A stretch of DNA of 52,798 nucleotides from Ancylonema sp. Taxonomy: Eukaryota. Where the stretch lies: assembly GCA_050230475.1 (NCBI GenBank), contig JBFLGF010000228.1:1-52798 (forward strand). The letters run 5' to 3'. Of the stretch, positions 1 to 13,458 are shown piece after piece. The notes under the pieces were generated by a model. That model had not been told where the DNA came from, searched no databases, and worked only from the letters and a program-made list of their open reading frames with translations. The translations under genes and the position numbers were made by a program. The stretch's first letter is position 1. The number at the start of each line of letters is the position of its first letter.

Positions 1-895
1 GCTCGCTGAAGCTCTAATTCATTTAAGTCAATAATAAATTTGTACCATGTGCTGCAAGGAGAATGGGGGGAGAGTCTTTTGCAGAACTCCAAACTCCTTT
101 CAGCACATAATCGCACATTCCACAGGGATGAGAAATAAATTAGATTTTAAAGTAACAAATTAGGATGAAGGGTTGTAGTAGGGGCCCTAACACATATAAT
201 CGCACGCGAAGATGAACACGAAGTTCTTTACGGGGTGGCTTAAGTGCTGGCCCCCACTAACACCAACTTCCGACCCCGAAAAACAGAGAAAATCTCAGGC
301 GAAATTTTGCAACAAAAACCCGAAAACCAGCCAATCAAAGCACGACACCTCTGCGGTGACGTGTCAGCCGAACATGACAAAATAATGAGACCGTCAAATC
401 CGGCGTAATCAGCCAATAAGAGACAACGAAGGGACCTGACGTGGACCAAATCCGTACAGATGTACGAACCATGTCAGCAACTTCAAGAGAAAGGAAAACG
501 ACTGACACACTTAGCTCTGTAGAGAGCTAAGTAACTTAGGTCTTTAGAAAAGATCTAAGTAATTAAAAAAAGCATAATCTGGAAAAGGCTCATGTTTACT
601 AAGAGATTTTTGGTGTTGTGCAATGGGAGTTGGGTACCTTGTGGAAAACGAACAGCGAACCCCCCACTAGAAACCGCAACCCGGACGGGGCGTTCCCGAA
701 AGTCACGTGAAACGCGGGCGAGTTCCGCCCGGTGGCAATTTTGACGTTCGTTTGAGTTGGGGCCACGTGGACGGTCAAACCAATTGCCACTGTGCACTTC
801 ACACGAGGAAACCGGCACTCCTGACACCTCCAGAGACCTGCGCCATGGGAGGGGGCGCGATAAGCTTCCCTCATCTGGGAGTAGGACGAGCAGCC

Positions 896-2815
896 ATGGC
901 ACCGAGGGAGATCTCCGTTGCAGCAATCCAGTTCGCCTGCTCAGACGACGTGGAAACGAATGTAGCAAAAGCTCAGAGGTACAGGTTCCCGCTTATTAAC
1001 AATTTCTGACCGCTGCTAGCCAGAGTTCAATGCCGACTCGAGATATTAAACAGGATTCTAACATGAGAGAAAAGATCATTGAGAATGTATCGCTTTTCTG
1101 AATCTTGTACCGGTGGCATATCTGTCAGGAAGAACTGAGCTTATTCATGCACTCTCGTTTCCCAGTTTAATCCGCAAAGCTCATGCTCGTGGCGCCAAGA
1201 TCATACTGGTTCAGGTGTGGTGCGACTCTTCTTGTGCCTACTAGCAAGATAGCATGCCTGTTGTCCCTCTCCACATCTCTCTTTCCTTCTCGTGACTTGT
1301 GATGTTACGGACCGTGATTGCGGAGCTTTTGGTCGAATTCTAAGCTGCGTTGTTGCATATTTGCTCTCGCCAATATTTTTCTCGGTATTGAGAGTGTTTC
1401 GTAAAGTTATGTGCATCCTCGTTACACCACGCTTTTAAGTCCTGCAGCATTTCCAGTATTTCTTCAAAAATTGTAATGACATGCGATGTTACGTCGTGTG
1501 CTTGATACGTTGGTGCAGGAATTGTTTGAAGGGTACTACTTCTGTCAGGCCCAGACTCAGGATCACTTCTCTCGCGCCAGGCCCCAGGAGGGCAATCCTA
1601 CGATCCGGAGGTACACTCTTCTCCCAGCTTCTATTCCAGCATACCGTACCCGCCAGGTTCACAGCCCCACCCCACCACGAATTGTATTAAATACACAAAA
1701 GCCCCCCCTTAGACCAACCCCCAATAGTAACTGTATTTCAAACCCCTTTAGCCCCACCTTTCCGGCGTCCCCTATCCTCTGTAGGATAAAGCCCCAGGCT
1801 TGCGACCAGGTTTAGCGGCCCTCAAGGCCCCAGGATCGCCTTCTGTATTATGTTTTGGCATATTCCTAATATGACCCCAACACATACGTAAAAACCCCGC
1901 AACATGACCGCAACATGACCATAAGATAACCTCAACCGCGGCACCCCGGTACTTTTTCAGCATGCAAGCTCTCGCCAAGGAGCTCCACGTCGTCCTTCCC
2001 GTCAGCTTCTTTGAGCGATCCAATAATGCCCACTTCAACACTGTAGTCATGGTAAAAATCAATGCCCCTCCGCCAATACGTGCTATGTAAATCCCGTCTT
2101 GTCCTGTTTCTCTGTAGATAGTTATCCCTTGCCGCCTGAATCTTCACAATCTCGAGTCATGGAGTGTGTGTGTTTTCGTTTGTTGTGTCGTTGATGCAGA
2201 TCGATGCGGATGGAACGAATCTCGGGTTCTACCGCAAGTCGCACATTCCAGACGGACCCGGTACGAAGGAAGAGACTTCTTGTCCGTACACCCAAGTCTG
2301 GCATGGGAGTTTCACGAGTGAGGTTGTCTTATATACATATGAAGCCGGCCCAGTGGCAGTATGATCCTGAATAGACGCAACCAGCAAGACCGAACTGCAG
2401 TACTGAGTTTGTAGGAAGGTGGTGACGCTGGCAGGGTACCAGGAGAAGTTCTACTTCAATCCAGGCAACACGGGGTTCAAGGTACAGCGTCACGGAAACA
2501 TGAAGTGCTAGAGATTGTGCTTTCTGTGCACCTCGAATGACTGCCGAAAATGTAGAGATGCAGTGCAGATGACCTTTTTACACTGCTTAGGATGTGGGAT
2601 TCATGATCCAAGAATTCTGTATCCCCTCTGATAAAAAAGCATTGAAGCCCTCAGAAGAGCATTCAGGGGACGACACTGATCACCCTGACTCTTTTTCTTA
2701 CAGGTGTTCAAAACAGAGTTTGCAACCGTAGGATGTGGTGAGTCTACTTGTCTCCTAGACAACCCTTCAATCATTCCTAGTGCTCATTATGGGGAAACAA
2801 CGTCCATCATCATCC

Positions 2816-2853
<38 letters not shown>

Positions 2854-4542
2854 CTGTACCCAATACCACAGACGAGAACGGAATGGATGTTTTCTTTCGT
2901 ACCCTTCCTCGTTGTCGTCTCAAAAGTGACGTCAGCGCCACCGCTTACTCCACCTTACCACTATTCATGGCCATGGCTGTGGCTCTGGCTGTACACGTGG
3001 CATCATCATGTGCCAAATAAGCATCAGGAAACAAGCCTGTCCTCCAATAAACCACTCCAAGTTATCCATCCACCTCCACCCCACTGCCGTCATGTTCTCC
3101 AGTCCTGTCCAAAAAGCGTTTTGGTCTGTGGCAGTGCAGCCCACCGATCCCCTCCCCTCCACCCTCCACAAATTCTCCATCTTATCCCCCTCTCCCCTCT
3201 CCCCTCTCCCCTGTCCTCCCTTGGGTGTTTCCAGCCATCTGTTGGGATCAATGGTTTCCCGAAGCCGCCCGCTGCATGGCCCTGCTGGGCGCTGACGTGT
3301 TGCTCTACCCGTCAGCCATTGGTAGCGAGCCGCAGGACCTGAAGCTGGACTCCAGACACCATTGGAGGTAGAGATGGGGGGGGAACAATCATGACAAAAA
3401 TCGGGGGGCTATTTGCAGTTTGTTGTTGGGGTATTCTTGTGTGCTTAGTCTGGCAGTGGGTCCTTGTGTCTCGTTTTTCTGCTTTTCATGCGACACTAAG
3501 GGTACCTTAAATTGGTTTCATTTTTTTTTCAGGTCTATTTTTCAGAGGTGTTGCAGTGGCTACTTTAGATTTTTTCGTAGAGACCTGCATCGACATATTA
3601 ACCTTTAAAAAAAAAAAATAAAAAAAAAATATATATATATATATATATAAATTAATTAATTCTAATAACTGCCTTTTTTGTTTTTGTTATGTGTGTGACC
3701 AGACGAGTCATGCAAGGGCATGCAGGAGCAAATCTGGTGGGTGTCAAGAACCTTCCACTCCATCCCGCTCCAAGGATCCTTGCTTCAGTTGCTTTCAATT
3801 TCTTGCAGCATTGCGGTGTACCAACTTCTTGTTCTCCCCTGCGGAAATAAACAGCACACACCACACTGTGGACATTTCGGCCATGCTGTCAGACAGGATG
3901 TCGAAGAGGCTCCTGACAAGCACGCCCCGTGATATCCGCGTTGACTCGGTCAACGCTGTTGACCTCCCTACCCTGTCCGTGCCTTGTGGTTTCCGACAGA
4001 CCCCTCTGGTGGCGTGCAACAGGATCGGGACGGAAGAGATTGAGACGGACCATGGGATGAGCAGAATTCGTTTCTACGGATTCTCATTCATCGCGGGTCT
4101 GTTCATGCTCCGATGATTTCCCCTCATACTTTTGGATCAGGGAAGAGGGCTCGGCCTGGGCCCGCTGGGTGTGTAATGTGTAATGTGTAATGAAGATCAT
4201 TTCGGGGTCGGAAGCAATCTAAAGACCACTTGAGAACACGATTGGTCACTCGCTAAACGCAGAGGCTAAACCACAATCGCCCTTCTTTTTTTGCGCCTGC
4301 ACAGACAGCAGCTCTCTGATTTTGCAGAATATCATTGACGGGTTGAGTTTGTTGTGTTCTGTGAAGGCCCGACGGGAGAGATTATTGCGGAAGCAAACGA
4401 CACAGACGAGACCGTCCTTGTTGCGAAATTCAACTTGGATGAGATACGAGCCACGAGAGCGAGTTGGGGTGTCTTTCGGGATCGACGTCCAGATTTGTAT
4501 GGCGGTTTGCTCACTCTTGATGGGGTGGTGAAAAGTGTGTAG
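896..4542 (+). CDS. CPA: N-carbamoylputrescine amidase (nitrilase-like, polyamine biosynthesis), 11 exons
   Basis: Exons 896-978, 1166-1214, 1519-1610, 1961-2051, 2200-2260, 2435-2481, 2704-2737, 3235-3367, 3703-3736, 4000-4096, 4367-4542 join in phase at GT-AG introns. The protein has the nitrilase Glu-Lys-Cys triad motifs QELFEGYYFCQ, YRKSHIPDGPGYQEKFYF and ICWDQWFPE, plus C-terminal FRDRRPDLY. Confidence 0.95.
2806..2849. repeat. (ATC)n microsatellite in a CPA intron
   Basis: Direct inspection. Confidence 0.9.
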
Positions 4543-5115
4543 GCTATGACAGAGTAGAACCAATCATCGGAAGGGTATGAGGTTCATACCCTTCGATACC
4601 GACTCATGCTATGAATCGAAATAAGACGGGTTGTGCCTGTAAGGCCTTGCGTTTGTAAACTTGTAATATACATTGATTGAGTCGCACATAACGTAGAGTG
4701 CCTCGAGTGCCTCGAGTATGTATCTTATTGAATGCGTGCAATGCCGCAAAATAGAGCATCAATTGTTCTTGGTATGTGCCATGATCTCGAGCGGTTGGCT
4801 CTACAGTCACACACGCACATCATACGAGTACCACCCTAAATGTTACTGCAGTGACATTATGCTGGAAAATAAGAACAAACACTATAATAAGACCTCACTC
4901 CTCTAGAATGAAGGAAACCCGGAAAATAAGTACAATATCAGTCATCGTCCAAATAGAAGATGATTCAAGGATATAGACAAATATCATATTATGAAGTACC
5001 CATCCACGAAGTAATAACTTAAGTGCCTCTTTATTCATTTATCGTTGGTTCCTATTCGTCTTTGATCACCCAAGTCAGTTCCACTATTAGGTACGAACGT
5101 ACACAATGCAAGCAA

Positions 5116-8100
5116 TTATGTTTCGCTCCGTTTTAGTGTTTGCGCCAGTTCGGGAGGGTCGGCCACCTCAAAATATTGAATCTCGTCCACCTCCGCAGTG
5201 CGCACAGAATATGTGAACACCCAATTCGCGCTGGCACCCGCATGCACCCCACGCTTGTTCACCGCAAATAGGGCCCCAACAAAGTACGGGTACTTGTTTC
5301 GAATCCGGTCGATGGCGTCTTGTGCGGCCCACTTGGGAGACTTGCCTTGTCGCATACTCTCAACCACTTGGTAACTGCACGAAGAAGAGGGACACAACAA
5401 AGGTCTTGTTGTGTGTTTTGTTTCCTCAAGTTGTGAGCACGAGTCACTAAGAAACTAACTACATCAAGTGCTTTCATTCCTGCGACAATAATCACGACAT
5501 GTGTCTGCGCTCTAGGTAAGTCATTTCTAGTGAGGTACTACGCATATGGTTGAAGTCATAAACTATGATTCTCGTCCATAAACTTTGAGGCGTATAAACG
5601 TAGAGACTTTCAAGAGTTTGCATATCGTTTCCCGAAAATGTCACAATGATTGAGCCCAATCCAATGATTGAGCCTTATCACTCTCCTACCCAATCTCCAC
5701 AAAACTTCCATTTCCCAATAAGTTCCAGTCCTTCTCATTCTCATTCTCACCACGGCAAAAATCTCATCATGATGTCACCGTCGCCGGTCGCGCCACATCC
5801 TCCAACATCATCATCCACATACACTCCCGATCCCGGAATGGGGGTGTCTCCAACCCTGTATAAGCACACACAACTTTGCATAAGCACACAAAAACACTAG
5901 GCAAGCCCCCAAGCAAAGACCTCTCACGTGATTCCACAACTGCCGATCACAGTAATATGCACAAGTGTCTACAATGCTTTCGCACACTCGCATCCTTGAC
6001 TTGCTTCGTAGGACTCGTCCTTGGCACTCGTGGGGATGTGATGATTCTTGATGATGCATTCCGTACCTTCCTGGAATTTTGTATGTGAGGCCGTTGGTGG
6101 ATCCCCCGCCCCCCATGTGCCCATTCTGAGACAACCCAAGAACTCAAATACGAGGTTAGGATGAATGGAGTATACCGTCGATAGAGCCTGAAGCGCAAAC
6201 TCAAGTGCAAAGGGATGTTCCAATGGTTTGTGCTATTGGTTTGAGTGGGCGTGGGAGGACCTCAACTCTTACGCGTCAACGTCTTCAGAATCAATAATGT
6301 CTACAAGAAGAGAACAGAGGAAATAAAACTCGGAAAAGAAAATAATGGTATAGGCGTTCGAATGTTCGAACCACTACAACCTCTTTCGTGATACCAAGTG
6401 AAGGATTATGATGTCCGCCCCCTTTTCCTCTCACCGCATCGATGGCCACCATCGTAATCGTGTCGTGATTCGTGAGATCCACCTTCCCAGGTCTCCTGGT
6501 GCTGCTACGTGTCCAACTTGGAAGAGCGGAACGCTCCTCCGCCGACAGCAGGAGCCCTGTCACGTCAGCAGGTGACCCTGCCACAAGGGTGCCAGGTGGC
6601 GGCGCCTGGTAGGGCCCACATGAAGACCCGCTGCTTGGCTCCACATCTTTCCAAAAGTTAGGTTGACACCCACCGCGCTTCCACTCCTCCCACGTGGCCA
6701 ACGAATCGGGGGAGGTCAAATTCTCGGGACCTGGAATGGGAATGGAAAATGGAAATGGGGGGTAAGCAAGTAGATGGGGGGTATCACGAAGGGTATGTGT
6801 CACCTCATTCTCGTCCCCCGGTTGTAGTGAGAGTTGTTTTTTTTTAATTTTATTATTATTTAAACTATTTTATTTATATATATATAAATATAATTGTTTT
6901 CAATAAATTATTTGGCTTATTTGGATTCATTGTCTACACTTCACGATATAACCGAGTGGACATTCTTTTTGACGACTAACTTCTCATCCTCCCCTCCATG
7001 ACGGTTGCAATGATAGTAAGACACACAGAAGAAAGGGAGGCAAAGCTATGGCACTACAACCACAAAGTGATCCGCTCGGTACCTAATTATCATCACTATA
7101 TTTTTGCAAGATTAATTGACATTGGAGACGAATGTGATGACTCATTACCAAACTTCTCTCAAACATGATTTGGTCGTGAAATTACACATATCCCTTGCCA
7201 AAACGACCCTCAATATATAACGACTCTTTCACTATAACGACCAATGTCTTCGAATTCTGTTGGTCGTTATATGCAGGAAAATCTTTAATAGTCCCCTCAG
7301 ACGATCATGGCGTTGGTAGCAAGTAGGTATACCCCTTGCATTGCTACATTGACACGTATGCACTTAATCGACACCGCATGCGAATGCTGACCCGGAATAT
7401 CCATTTGCAGTGCGAACGCGACCGCCTCATCTCCCACGAGCAACGTGTGCTGCGTGTGGTCGAGGACGCGTCTAGCAGCAAGAATCGCTCCTTTGACACG
7501 ACGCAGGCCCCCAACCGCGCCCATGTCCATGCTGGCCTACACAAGGGAGGGGGGGGATGGGGGGGGGGTTGTGGGGGGGGTGGGGGGAAGGACGGGAGGA
7601 GGAAGCGGCATTTGTAGTGACCCACGATTAGATGTGTTTTGGAGTTTGTGGGATGATAATGTTACGGAAGAAAAAAAAAAAAACAAGCAAATCAAACAAG
7701 AATGATTCATTTAGACAAGTGATTTATTAACACGTCGGATTTTTTGTGTTGACTCGGAATCAGGCGGAAGATTTTCTATTAGGTAGGACAGGTTATTAAG
7801 TAGCACAGTATTAATCAAGACAGGTTTCATTGTAGCACGGTGATATGCAAACGTGAAATCATGATGACTGTTCAGTGTAGTGACCCGATGATGACGTCAT
7901 CAAGTGGCATTCAAGGTCTGCCTCCTTCTTCAAACCCAAACCCCCTTCTTCAACCCTCCAACATCCCGGGACAAAAAAAGATGTGAAGTCTTCATCCTAT
8001 TTTGTTTGTCCTTTTTCTCACCCCATCTATGACAAGTGCGTCGAGAGTGGTCTCCCCATTCTCATCCGGGCTGCCGCCGTAACCCACTGGGGAAAAAAAG

Positions 8101-9725
8101 GAAAGGTGAAAAAGGAATGGACTCATTAAAAGGACACGTGAGAACCACGATAGCAAAACACATTAAATATTCAACTAATGTGTTCTACATTCGTACGTAT
8201 GATACGCTTTAGTAAAGTCCGCGTATTCTAGAGGTTTCTTATCGGGACTGGCCGCTTGGTCGAAATGATCAATATGAAATTGTGCGTGTTGTTCGGATGT
8301 GACTGAATGATTCCTCTGTGCTTCCTACAAGTTTATTTTTTTAATCATATGTTTGCATAAGTATCTGGAATTGGTTTGATTTGACACACTAACTATTGCG
8401 CACATTGACACCTCCCATGTCTCTTGTGAGGGTGTGTAGACATGGTACTTATAAAATGTACGACACCTATGCATCACAAACCCCTATTTCACGATGACAT
8501 GCAGAAGTGTATATATTTACATCTCTATGTGTACGTACCTATTTAGATATGAATGTATATGTGTGTTCATGAATGTGGGTATGTACGTGCGTATGTCTGT
8601 ATGTATGTATGTCGGGATGTATGTAGATATGAACGTTTGTATGTATTTACATCCGTTTGTATGTAGATGTACATTGGTCAAAAATAGTTTCCCCATAAAA
8701 TGATTATTTGAGGCCAGGGTGGGGTGACGAAATTAATTCCGAAAACCGCGTTTGAGGTATCACATCACTGCAAAAATCTTACAAGAATCTTAAAAATCTT
8801 ACAAGAATCTTTGGGGTCACATACTCAGAAACCACGAAATCAAAATTTTTAAGGGCCGGGGGAAAGGGGTGGGGGAAGCTAGAATACATTTGTGGTTGGA
8901 GGACTTGCTTTGTTTTCCGTACGGAGTAGAAGTCGGCCAGTCGGCCGGTACATCCGCGTGTAATGTAATGTCGTGCATCTCTTTGACCACGACAGTCTTC
9001 CACCCCTGCTGCGACTCAATCCAGGGTGTCTGTATCCGTTTCTGGTTACCCCATTCGAAATATGGTTATTGAGTTACAACAATAGAGGGCAAGTGGGATG
9101 GCAATCATTGCAAACATTTCCGGGAATGTTTTTGTCACCTGAGTTTCCACACCTTTGCAGATCTTCGCACATGTGGATCCCTTCTACCACAGCATCTATA
9201 GGCGAGCTCCCGCCAGATAACACCTCCCAGGCTCGAGTGGTCGCGTAGAAGTCGGGCCACGTGTTGATCACGATCGGAATCACGCCCTTCCGCTCTTGCT
9301 CTGCGAGGAGACGCAGAAATGGGTTGACCTGAATCCGCCTGAATGGAATGGATACGTGATATGGCATCTATCGGATCTTCGGGTGATGTACCGTGTTTGC
9401 ATTTATCATTTCGGTTGGCACATGGCCGGTTACCGCCGGTTAAATTGAATAAGAAGTAATAAAGAGTCAGTTTCACTTGTGCCATCTGCAGGAGATGGCA
9501 TGTCAGCTGCAAGCTGGCTGGATCCACTCGATCTCATGATGCAAGTGAGCATTCTTTCTTTACTGCAGAGAGGCTTCTAGTCGTATAGCCACCCAGAAAT
9601 CGAAAACTCATACGTTACTAAGATGAAATTTGAGGATCGTAGGGCGACGAATTCTCACCCGTATTCACGGCTAATGGGGAGAACAGCAGTAAGAGCGCAG
9701 CGAGAACCCCCCAAGTGTGCACCAT
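5116..9725 (-). CDS. AGA: Aspartylglucosaminidase / N(4)-(beta-N-acetylglucosaminyl)-L-asparaginase (Ntn hydrolase) with signal peptide, 8 exons
   Basis: Exons 9725-9659 ([22 protein letters not shown], signal-like), 9300-9139 (VINTW), 8086-8022 ([17 protein letters not shown]), 7536-7392, 6730-6435 (CQPNFW, HDT autocleavage site), 6125-6067 ([12 protein letters not shown]), 5855-5751 ([21 protein letters not shown]), 5374-5116. Confidence 0.95.
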
Positions 9726-10354
9726 CTCAAGATATGGATGGGATAGCCGTCGTAGAGTCTTCAATCGCGAGAAACAAGCATCTTAGATTTTCGGTTCTTC
9801 ATTTGCTGCGGGGAGGACGTAGCATGACTGAATATATAGATATGGTGGGTTGGGAGATTTTGTCACCACCAGATGCTTCTGTTTGACGCCTGGATCGCAG
9901 GGAAAAGCCCCTTCCTGCCTTTCATAGCGTTGACCACCGGTCAGCGCAGCATGTCGGCGTTTGTTACCCGGAAAGAGTTTGAATTTGTATTTGTAACCGG
10001 TGTGCACTTGTACCCGGTGTGGTTGGTTTATGACAAGTGTACTTGTATCTGTCAAAGTACTACTCACGATGTGTACTGCTTTTCAATTCGGCAGTGCCGT
10101 ACACGTTGTTCTGACACTTGAAGCCGGCGAAGACGTCAACATGTCGTTCGATGTCTCAATGCCGGCGTGTACGCGCCCACACGCGGCAATGGCAGTCCCG
10201 TCGTGGTCTTCCGAGGAGCGCTGACAGCAACAGTGCGTCCGCGTCTTCGTGCGCCGGCTGTTGTTGCTTTAACACGTCGACATTCCCCCTTGCACTGAAA
10301 TGTATTAAATGCTAAGGCCAGCTGCGTGAATCGTTGTTTCGATTCGTTGCTACC

Positions 10355-13300
10355 ATGGTGATCTCCAGCACGGAATATGCAGGCGGGTTTGCAAGCGGGT
10401 GGATAATTGCACCGCTTGTTCTCCTCCTCGTTTCGGTTGCGCTCCTTCTCTGGCGTCAGTCGGCGCACAATCGGAACTGGAATTCAAAATCGGATCACAC
10501 GCGGTCGAAGCAGGCAACAGCGGTAGATGATGAGGAGCTAGCCGTTGAGACCCAGTTGTTGACAATTCTGTACGGACCACAGACGGGGACGGCGGAGAGC
10601 TTTGCGAAGGTAGCGAGCAGAACACAGCAGCCGCATGCATATGATTGCTTCAACTTGACTTGATCTCCTTCTGAATGCACATCGGTGCCACGGGAGGAAG
10701 CGAGAACGTGGAACATATTCCTGTCGCAGGAAAATTTACAGCGTACAGCCGAAATCATTTTCGGCTCCACACCTCAGCCTGCGATATTATTTTATATTCT
10801 CGTCGTATCCCCTGACACCGACGCGCATCAGCAGTTGATTAACGGAAGATGAATGAAATTCCTGAAGGCTCCCTCAGGCCACTACAAAGCTGCGGCATCA
10901 TCACCAGTAGTTTCTAGTTTCTAATTGTAATCAGCGCCCCCTTCAGGTGTTGGCAGGGGAAGTGAAGGCCCGCTACAGGAGTGCAGTCTCCATCCAGACA
11001 ATGGATCTGGTATGGAGACCAACCTCTTGTTCATTTTATCGTATCGAGGCGGGTACAGCATCCGTAACCGTAACCGACTTTGCCCGTTATGTGAGCGCAG
11101 GAAGAGTTTGGGTCGACAGACGAGGAGTACTCGGAGAAATTCGGGAGGGAGAGACTGACCTGTTTCTTGATCGCCACGTGAGTCAGCAGTTTATATTTTA
11201 CAATTTGCAGTCTCAGCATCCTGGCGTGGTTTGATCGAGGTCCGATGATTTTCTGTGTGTTCCGTTCAGGTATGGGGATGGCGAGCCAACTGATAATGCG
11301 GCCCGCTTCTGCAGCTGGCTCACGTCCAAAACTAAGGTCCCAATTCCCCCGCCTTCTCCCCCACCCCCCTCTGCCCCACCCGTGCGGGGCTGCGCTGAAC
11401 AGTGGTTGGGCTGTTTGCAGGAGGATCCCCCAGCTGGGTTGCCTCATCTCCGTTATGCCGTGTTCGGGTTGGGCAACAAGCAATACGAGCACTTCAACAA
11501 GGCAAGCGCTCTACGATTTACTCCATTCACACACACAGAGACCAGACTTTCATTCCGTGTTCATTGCCGACTGTGTTTGGCAGATTGGCAAGTCAGTAGA
11601 CGATCAGCTCCAGAAGCTTGGAGCTGAACCGATGGTTCCCCTTGGTCTGGGGGATGACGACGCGTGTCTGGAGGATGACTTCTCTCTGTGGCGGGAGGGG
11701 CTGCTCACCGCCCTCGACACCCTGCTGACGTCGGGCGGGGGCTATGAGGTGGCGGTTCCTGAGTACCGGGTAACATTGTTGGAAAGGGAGGAGGAGGAGG
11801 CGGTTGCACCCGCCCCCGCCCCCGGCCTCTTCTGGTCGGTTACCCCACCCACCACCTCCCTTTCATAACGATTGTAGAGTGAATAGGGAAGGGTGGAGAG
11901 TGAGATTCTGGGGATTGTGGGGATATGATGGGATGATTTGCAGGGCAGCTTTGAAATCCCGTAGACAGCTTCACACCCAATACTCCGACCGGTCCGCAAG
12001 TCATTGCGAGGTGGATCTGAGCGGATCCGGTTTGAGTTACTGCGCGGGGGACCACTGCGCGGTGTATCCCCAAAATGAGCTCGCAGTAGTGGAGGCTGCG
12101 GGGCGCTGCCTGGGCCTTCCCCTGGAGACCGTCTTCCAGCTGCAGGGAGAGAAGAGCAGCAGCAGCAGCCACAGCAGCAGCAGCAGCAGTAGCGAGATGC
12201 CCCCCTTCCCCGGCCCCTGTTCCCTCCGCACCGCTCTCTCTTGTTACTCGGATCTTCTGTCCTCCCCCAAAAAGTCCGCCCTGCTGGCACTGGCAGCCCA
12301 CGCCGCTAAGCCAGAGGAGGCTCAAAGACTTCGCCACCTGGCATCCCCAGAGGGAAAGGTGAGAGGAGGAGGGCTGTGGGAGTGGGGGGGCTAGCAGAAA
12401 AAGACCACTGAATTTGGATCTCTGACTATCAGTGGGCCCCACCCGCGGTTGGCAGGCGGAGTATTCTGGTTGGGTGGTGGATGCCCACCGAAGTTTAGTG
12501 GAGGTGATGGAGGCCTTCCCCTCCTCCCACCCCCCCCTGGGCGTGTTCTTCGCGTCAATAGCGCCCCGCCTCCAGCCCCGGTTCTACTCCGTCTCCTCCT
12601 CCCCGCGGCTGGTGGGCCCCACCCTCCACATCACGTGTGCGGTGGTGGAGGAGAGGACGGGGGGGGGGAGGGTGCACCGGGGGGTGGCATCCACGTGGCT
12701 CAAGGAGGTGGAGGTGGAGAGGGTGCGGGTGCCCGTTTTCCTTCGCTCCTCCACCTTCCGTCTGCCTTCGGATCCGTTGACTCCCATCATTATGGTGGGA
12801 CCAGGGACGGGGATTGCGCCCTTTCGGGGGTTTCTTCAGGAGCGGTTGGTGATTGTGGGGGAGGGGAAGGAGGTGGGCGTCGCACACTTGTTCTTTGGAT
12901 GTCGGTCGCCGGATAAGGTGAGGGGGGAAGAGGGAGGAAGGGAGGGGGAGGGGGGGAGGTGGAGAAGGATTGAAAGACAACGGCGTTTTCAACAACTAAA
13001 ATATGTTTTTTTTTTTTTTTTTTTTGTTCCTTCCCCCCCCCCCTTAGGACTACATCTACAAGGAGGAGTTGGAGGCGTTTGTTGATTCCAAGGCCCTAAC
13101 TCACCTCCACACCGCATTCTCGCGGGTGTCGGATTGCAAGCAGTACGTGCAACATGTCCTCATGGACTGTGCACCACAAGTGTGGGATCTGCTTTCAGAA
13201 CGTGGGGCTTACATCTATGTATGCGGAGATGCGAAAGCCATGGCTAAAGACGTGCACCGAACTCTACACGCCATCGTGCAACAAGAGGTGAGAGAGGGTG

Positions 13301-13458
13301 GAGTGGGGTTGGGTGGGGTGGGGTGGGGTCGGGGTTGGGTCTTGGTTGGGGAGCTAACATTGTTGTGGGTTTGGCAGGGGTCGATGAGCGCGAGTGCTTC
13401 CGAGGTGGTAGTGAAGAAATGGCAAACAGAAGGGCGTTATTTGAGGGACGTGTGGTAA
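10355..13458 (+). CDS. CPR: NADPH-cytochrome P450 reductase (membrane anchor, FMN, FAD and NADPH domains), 10 exons
   Basis: Exons 10355-10609, 10947-11009, 11101-11177, 11270-11336, 11421-11501, 11584-11834, 11944-12358, 12456-12917, 13048-13287, 13378-13458. Motifs [56 protein letters not shown] and terminal RYLRDVW. Confidence 0.95.

Noticed and set aside
2704..3342. 212-aa ORF and similar long ORFs (31149-31928, 39359-39979, 11840-12442)
   Set aside because: These are intron read-through, microsatellite translation or antisense shadows of real exons, or have no recognisable motif.
896..9725. Two adjacent amidohydrolase genes as a metabolic cluster
   Set aside because: They have different folds, pathways and compartments. 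Adjacency is probably coincidental.
11804..11943. Apparent frameshift in CPR between ORFs 11245-11868 and 11804-12394
   Set aside because: It is resolved by a normal intron 11835-11943 (TG|GTCGGT ... CAG|G), giving GLFWAALKSRR.
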